This document shows, in pieces, positions 59,660-64,000 of a DNA stretch of 64,000 bases. The position numbers and the translations under genes were made by a program. The notes under the pieces were generated by a model. That model was not told where the DNA came from. It did no database searches and saw only the letters and a program-made list of their open reading frames with translations. This DNA is from Monocercomonoides exilis PA203. Lineage: Eukaryota > Protista > Preaxostyla. The stretch spans positions 496,001 through 560,000 of the forward strand of contig LSRY02000015.1 in NCBI GenBank assembly GCA_001643675.2. The letters run 5' to 3'. Each line of letters begins with the position of its first letter. Within the stretch, counting starts at the first letter, position 1.

Positions 59660-62479
59660 CTAAATAGTTAAAAGAGCATTAAGAGCTTCTAATGATAGGG
59701 AATGCCTTCTGTCACCAGAGATCCTTTTCATTCTTGAAAAAATACGTTCGCAGCTTGCTTCGCTGCATGGAGACGAAACTAATGAAAAACAGATGTTTGA
59801 GTATATAGTTTGAATAGGTCCTTTCTTTGTGATCTCTGCGTAAAACTTTTGTATGTCGTCTTCATATATGAAGCTTGGTGCTTCATTCAAAAATTCCAGA
59901 AACAGTTTGAAGCATATATCTCTGATTTCTTTCGATTGATTTGATAAAACTGTTGTAATATATCTTTCAAAACTTTGTCTAATTCGTGTATCCCAGCAAG
60001 ATGATATGGAACACACCACTTGATCACAAACTTCTTTCTCTTTTTCTGGTTCCAGACGGGAAATCAAACTAATCTTCTGGTTTGAAAACAGCACCTCCAC
60101 ATCATCTATCCCATATTCTATTTCATCTGTTCCGTCTTCCATTGAATCTTCAAGTGAGTCATGAGAATTATCTTCGAAAACAAGCGTTTGAGAAGATGTC
60201 AAGCATGTTGAAGAAAAACTTTCAGAAGAAGAAGAGCAGGAGGAAGCAGCTGAATGAATTGAAGAAGATTCATTCATGGTTTCATCTTTTTTCTTTTCGC
60301 TTTGTTTGAAGGGTTCGGACATAAAAAATTCATCATCTTCTGAACAATCTTCAGCCATGCATAAGCCAAACAAGTCCTCTTCACTAGACTCTGTCTCGCT
60401 TTCTTCACTTTTGCTTTCCTCTCTTGAAGTTTCTATAGTTTCAAATTCTGAACGCTTGAAATTGGACACCGTGCTGATAATGCAGTGAATTTCTTCGATA
60501 ATTTCAATTGATTGATAACTTTCATCTTCTTTGATTCCATTTCTTATCAACTTTGTCATCGGGACGCAATTGTCCTTTATTTCATGAAGTTCATCAGACA
60601 CATGGTTCAATGCTTCAAAAAAACAGTCGTTTGTTAAAGAATAACAAACAGATTGATGTTGTTGTTCCGTAAGACTTAGAGATGAATGATTTGAAACATC
60701 TTTTTCATTATGATCGGAAGAATTTGTTTTTAATTGATCCTTGAACGGTCGCTTTGAATCATTGCTTGAATTTGATATGGTTATATTTTTTTCTTTATCT
60801 AGATGATTGACGCTTGTTTCAATTGACGACGAAGATGATGGAAGTTTGGATGAAGTATTTGAAGCGCAAATGATAGGTGAACGTGTGAATGATGAATATT
60901 CCGAAGCTGAAGAGGATTGTTGTAATGAGATTAATTGCTTAGGCTCTGAATTCAACGGCATACAAGAAATAGATTTTTCTGCTTCAAAAAAAGAAATTGA
61001 AAATTTATTTCGAATGTAATTTTGAAGTCCTGTTGGAGACAATACATACGATAATGATATTAACTCACCAGTGTTCCCGGTTAACATGTAATTATGGAAT
61101 ATTATTATAAAATTAACGAAAACATTTTTCCATTCTGTTTCTTTAATAAATGAAAGATTTTTGATTCCATATAGCAAACCGAATGCATTCAGCACATTTG
61201 GAAAGACATTTCCCATCTTTGTTCTTTCATTTTCCATTTCCAAATGTAATTTTTGAATTGGAAAAAGGAGAAGTTCTGTGATTATAATGTTTCTTATTTG
61301 ATCGAATTGTAATAATTTTTCGTGAAATATCTTTTCTCTGTTTTTTCTTATAAAGCAACAAATAGAATACAAGCACAGCCATCTCGTTTGAATAAATGTC
61401 GGACATTTCCGTTTCAAGGATTTTTTCATAGAAGAAGTGCGGGCATTTTTTGCAAATTCTGTAATTATTGTTTTCTGGTTCTTCAGAAAAGGGATTTCAG
61501 AAAACGCGTGAACAATAACCAAATTCAACAAATGATTCATACAGTAAACGAAAAATGGAGCAGCCTTTAAATTTTCTATTAGTAATTTTTCATTATCTTC
61601 CATTGGAATTGTAATATTTTCAATTGCTTTTTTTTGAGGACTTAAGCCATCCGAACAAAAACATCGAACATGCGCGTTGATTAGTGCCAGTTCCCGAATT
61701 ACTGTCCAAGCTAGTTTTCTGTACTGCTTTGCATTATTGCAGCATGGATATGCTTTCCAAAACACTGATGATGTATTTGGTACCAATGGAGCTATCGTCA
61801 CAACTGTGCACTTCTGATTTCCCACAACACCTGAATCCATCATCACGCATACGCCCATTCCCCTCAGTGCTGTATCACGCTTCTGTTTTGCAAATTCACT
61901 GTCCTCAATAACCATTCTTCGTATTTTCTTTCTTGTAAGGAATGGGAAAATGTTTGACGGAGACAGTCCTGGATTCATTTGAGATAAATGAATTAAGGCT
62001 GTGATAAAATTATTAAATTCTTCTGAAGACGCTGATAAGAAAGATATGTTGCAATGGCTTATTATTTTCGTAAATAAAGTCTGTAAATTGGTGGATGTGC
62101 TCTGAATCAGTGTTCTTTCTTTGCTCTCCCTTATGCGATCGATTTTTTGAAGAGCTTTCTTCTCTTTGAAAGAAAATATAATGCGATTTTCTAATAAAAA
62201 ACAACGATGATTTCTTATTGCAACGTAACTCCGACGACCACTTGTTCCACATGTTTGATTACCACGAACATTTGGGCATAAATATTGTTTATGATATTCT
62301 TTTGTTGGAGAGCCATCAATGTTAGAAGGAAAAAATGAAATCCATATTTGATTATTGATGACCTCTAAAGATATTCTGGTTAAATATTCATTACTTTTCT
62401 TTGGGTGCTTGTAAACTTTTCTAATATTATCAAAGCAAAAAAATATTAAAGATTTAGCAACATCACACTTGCTCCTTTT
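59660..62479 (-). CDS. hAT-family transposase
   Basis: MMDSG (D), CSDG (D), CMNHLLNL (CxxH), TRW and SEASCERIFS (E, C-terminal domain). By my manual translation the frame stays open upstream of ATG 61978 to 62479 and encodes C-x8-C-x13-H-x-C and IISHCNISF..EEFNNF. The true start is unresolved. Confidence 0.88.
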   Translation of the reverse strand, partial: KRSKCDVAKSLIFFCFDNIRKVYKHPKKSNEYLTRISLEVINNQIWISFFPSNIDGSPTKEYHKQYLCPNVRGNQTCGTSGRRSYVAIRNHRCFLLENRIIFSFKEKKALQKIDRIRESKERTLIQSTSTNLQTLFTKIISHCNISFLSASSEEFNNFITALIHLSQMNPGLSPSNIFPFLTRKKIRRMVIEDSEFAKQKRDTALRGMGVCVMMDSGVVGNQKCTVVTIAPLVPNTSSVFWKAYPCCNNAKQYRKLAWTVIRELALINAHVRCFCSDGLSPQKKAIENITIPMEDNEKLLIENLKAAPFFVYCMNHLLNLVIVHAFSEIPFLKNQKTIITEFAKNARTSSMKKSLKRKCPTFIQTRWLCLYSICCFIRKNREKIFHEKLLQFDQIRNIIITELLLFPIQKLHLEMENERTKMGNVFPNVLNAFGLLYGIKNLSFIKETEWKNVFVNFIIIFHNYMLTGNTGELISLSYVLSPTGLQNYIRNKFSISFFEAEKSISCMPLNSEPKQLISLQQSSSASEYSSFTRSPIICASNTSSKLPSSSSSIETSVNHLDKEKNITISNSSNDSKRPFKDQLKTNSSDHNEKDVSNHSSLSLTEQQHQSVCYSLTNDCFFEALNHVSDELHEIKDNCVPMTKLIRNGIKEDESYQSIEIIEEIHCIISTVSNFKRSEFETIETSREESKSEESETESSEEDLFGLCMAEDCSEDDEFFMSEPFKQSEKKKDETMNESSSIHSAASSCSSSSESFSSTCLTSSQTLVFEDNSHDSLEDSMEDGTDEIEYGIDDVEVLFSNQKISLISRLEPEKEKEVCDQVVCSISSCWDTRIRQSFERYITTVLSNQSKEIRDICFKLFLEFLNEAPSFIYEDDIQKFYAEITKKGPIQTIYSNICFSLVSSPCSEASCERIFSRMKRISGDRRHSLSLEALNALLTI

Positions 62480-64000
62480 TCATATGATCCCACTTGCTCC
62501 AGTTTTAGAAAACAGCATCCGTGATTGTTCAATTCTTCCATTTTTCTTGCAAAAGCCAGTTTCTGATTAAGCGACACAAAAAATCATGCTTCAATTATCA
62601 AAACAAACGAAGCTAGTTATTAAACGCACGAACTATTTGATTATCCACCAAGGCATTCTGAAATTCACTTAAAAGATTTTCACATTCAAACATGTTGGGT
62701 TTTGACATGAAAATTTTTCAAAGTCAAAAAAAGATCGACCAGTCTGTGACTTGGGCAATTTTCAAAAAAAAACTGATCCGGTCAAAACCCATAAACGGAT
62801 GCTTTTTTTCTAAAAAAGTTTTTTCAGATTATTATATATTCAATAAGAATTTTTTTTTTCTTTTAATCTTGATTTTTTTTTTCATTTTGAAATTATAAAG
62901 TGCATGAAAAATGAACTGTTAAACTTATGTATTATTTAAATAAAATTTAACTGTTTTTTGACTTCAATCATTTTTAAAGTCAGTCAATAACAAATTTTCC
63001 AAAGTCAAAAGTCTGAAGTCACCCAGGCTTACCCTAAACCCAATATTTGTTTTGCTAACCCTAGAACCTAAACCAATCTATTAATGTGGAGATTTTTTAT
63101 GATTATTACCTAAATTATTAAAAAAATACTGGGTCAGATCAAAATGTTTTATTTAAAAAAAAGAAATTTTGATGATTGATGATCTCAAATTTTTATTAAT
63201 TAATAAATGATTCTTATACTATTTTATGTCCGTTTATAATAAAAAATTTGAAAAATTCGTGTTCCCCTATAATCTCCTTTTACCAAAGAAAGAAAGGGGA
63301 AAAAAAATAGAAAAGGAAAAAGATAAAAAAAGATAAAATAAAAAAAATAAAAAATAAAAAATAAAAAATAAAATAGAAAAGAAAATAAAATAGAAAAGAA
63401 AAAAGAAAAAGAAAAAGAAAATGAGAAATTTTTTCGTGAAACTCTGAATGGAACAAAATTCATCGAGCAAAATATGCAGTCCCAACAGAATTCTTGAGCT
63501 TTTTCAAATTTCTATTCCTATTCAAGATATTGTCCAAAAATTGAAATGCTGACACAAACAAATTATTTTGTTCATTTTTGTGAAAGTTCGTCAGTGGGAA
63601 TGAAAATAAGAAAATCATTTGAGAATTTTTGAATGCTGAAAACGAAGTTAAAGCGTTGATTCAAAAAAATAAAAATCAAAATCAAAATATAAATTATGAA
63701 TTATAAATCTATTTGAAATAAAGAAAAGAACCCATGTGAAAAAAAAACCTTTTTTAAATTTTAATTTTTTGTCAAAAATTGCGGTGTGAAATTAAGTATA
63801 GGAAATTTTAAAATGAACAGAAAAAAGAAATATGTCTATTTGATGAGGCCTTCCTTATTCTTATATATTAATCTTCGGTTTTTTTTGAAATTGATATACA
63901 TTCAACACTCAGAAGATAATTGTTTAGCTAATTGCGTAAAGTCTTGGAATATGTTAAACTCCGAAAATAATTATGATTACAAAAATAATCACACATATAT

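Larger units (their letters stand above)
53752..63031 (-). mobile_element. Full-length hAT DNA transposon with cargo (9,280 bp)
   Basis: TIRs TAAGCCTGGTTGAC (53752-53765) / GTCACCCAGGCTTA (63018-63031) match 13/14. Exact 8-bp TSD CCCTAAAC at 53744-53751 and 63032-63039. GTCA/TGAC subterminal repeats and an internal hAT transposase. Confidence 0.88.
53544..63267. mobile_element. Outer MITE (about 436 bp when empty) split by the hAT insertion
   Basis: About 95-bp TIRs (GGGGAACACGAATTTTTCA...ATCATTTATTAATTAATAAAAATTTGAGATCATCAA) at 53544-53636 and 63176-63267, with TATA on both flanks. Confidence 0.85.

Noticed and set aside
53744-63074. Telomere or interstitial telomeric array
   Set aside because: Only isolated CCCTAA-like motifs, with no tandem array.

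Overview
AT-rich eukaryotic DNA with short GT-AG introns and the standard genetic code. The gene families resemble those of an oxymonad such as Monocercomonoides (my recognition, not database-verified). A compact housekeeping core at about 18.8-41.6 kb holds a xanthine-dehydrogenase-family molybdoenzyme, RPC4, SPT2, a RalGAP-like protein, a PSTAIRE CDK, AspRS, eIF3e and a Ser-rich coiled-coil protein. MITE/transposon zones that share element families flank the core on both sides. Outside these lie two outward-pointing copies of a >=9.3 kb unit, each encoding a ~2550 aa intronless receptor-like pseudokinase whose ectodomains differ in sharp mosaic patches. At the right, a 9,280 bp hAT transposon (53752-63031) with 14-bp TIRs and an exact 8-bp TSD (CCCTAAAC) carries about 5 kb of decayed cargo and is itself nested in a MITE with ~95-bp TIRs. 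A triple-nested MITE at 14.6-15.6 kb reconstructs to the same length as its free relative. The XDH-like enzyme has a remodelled substrate pocket (E802Q, R880K, T1010E in bovine numbering). I saw no rRNA, tRNA or CRISPR.
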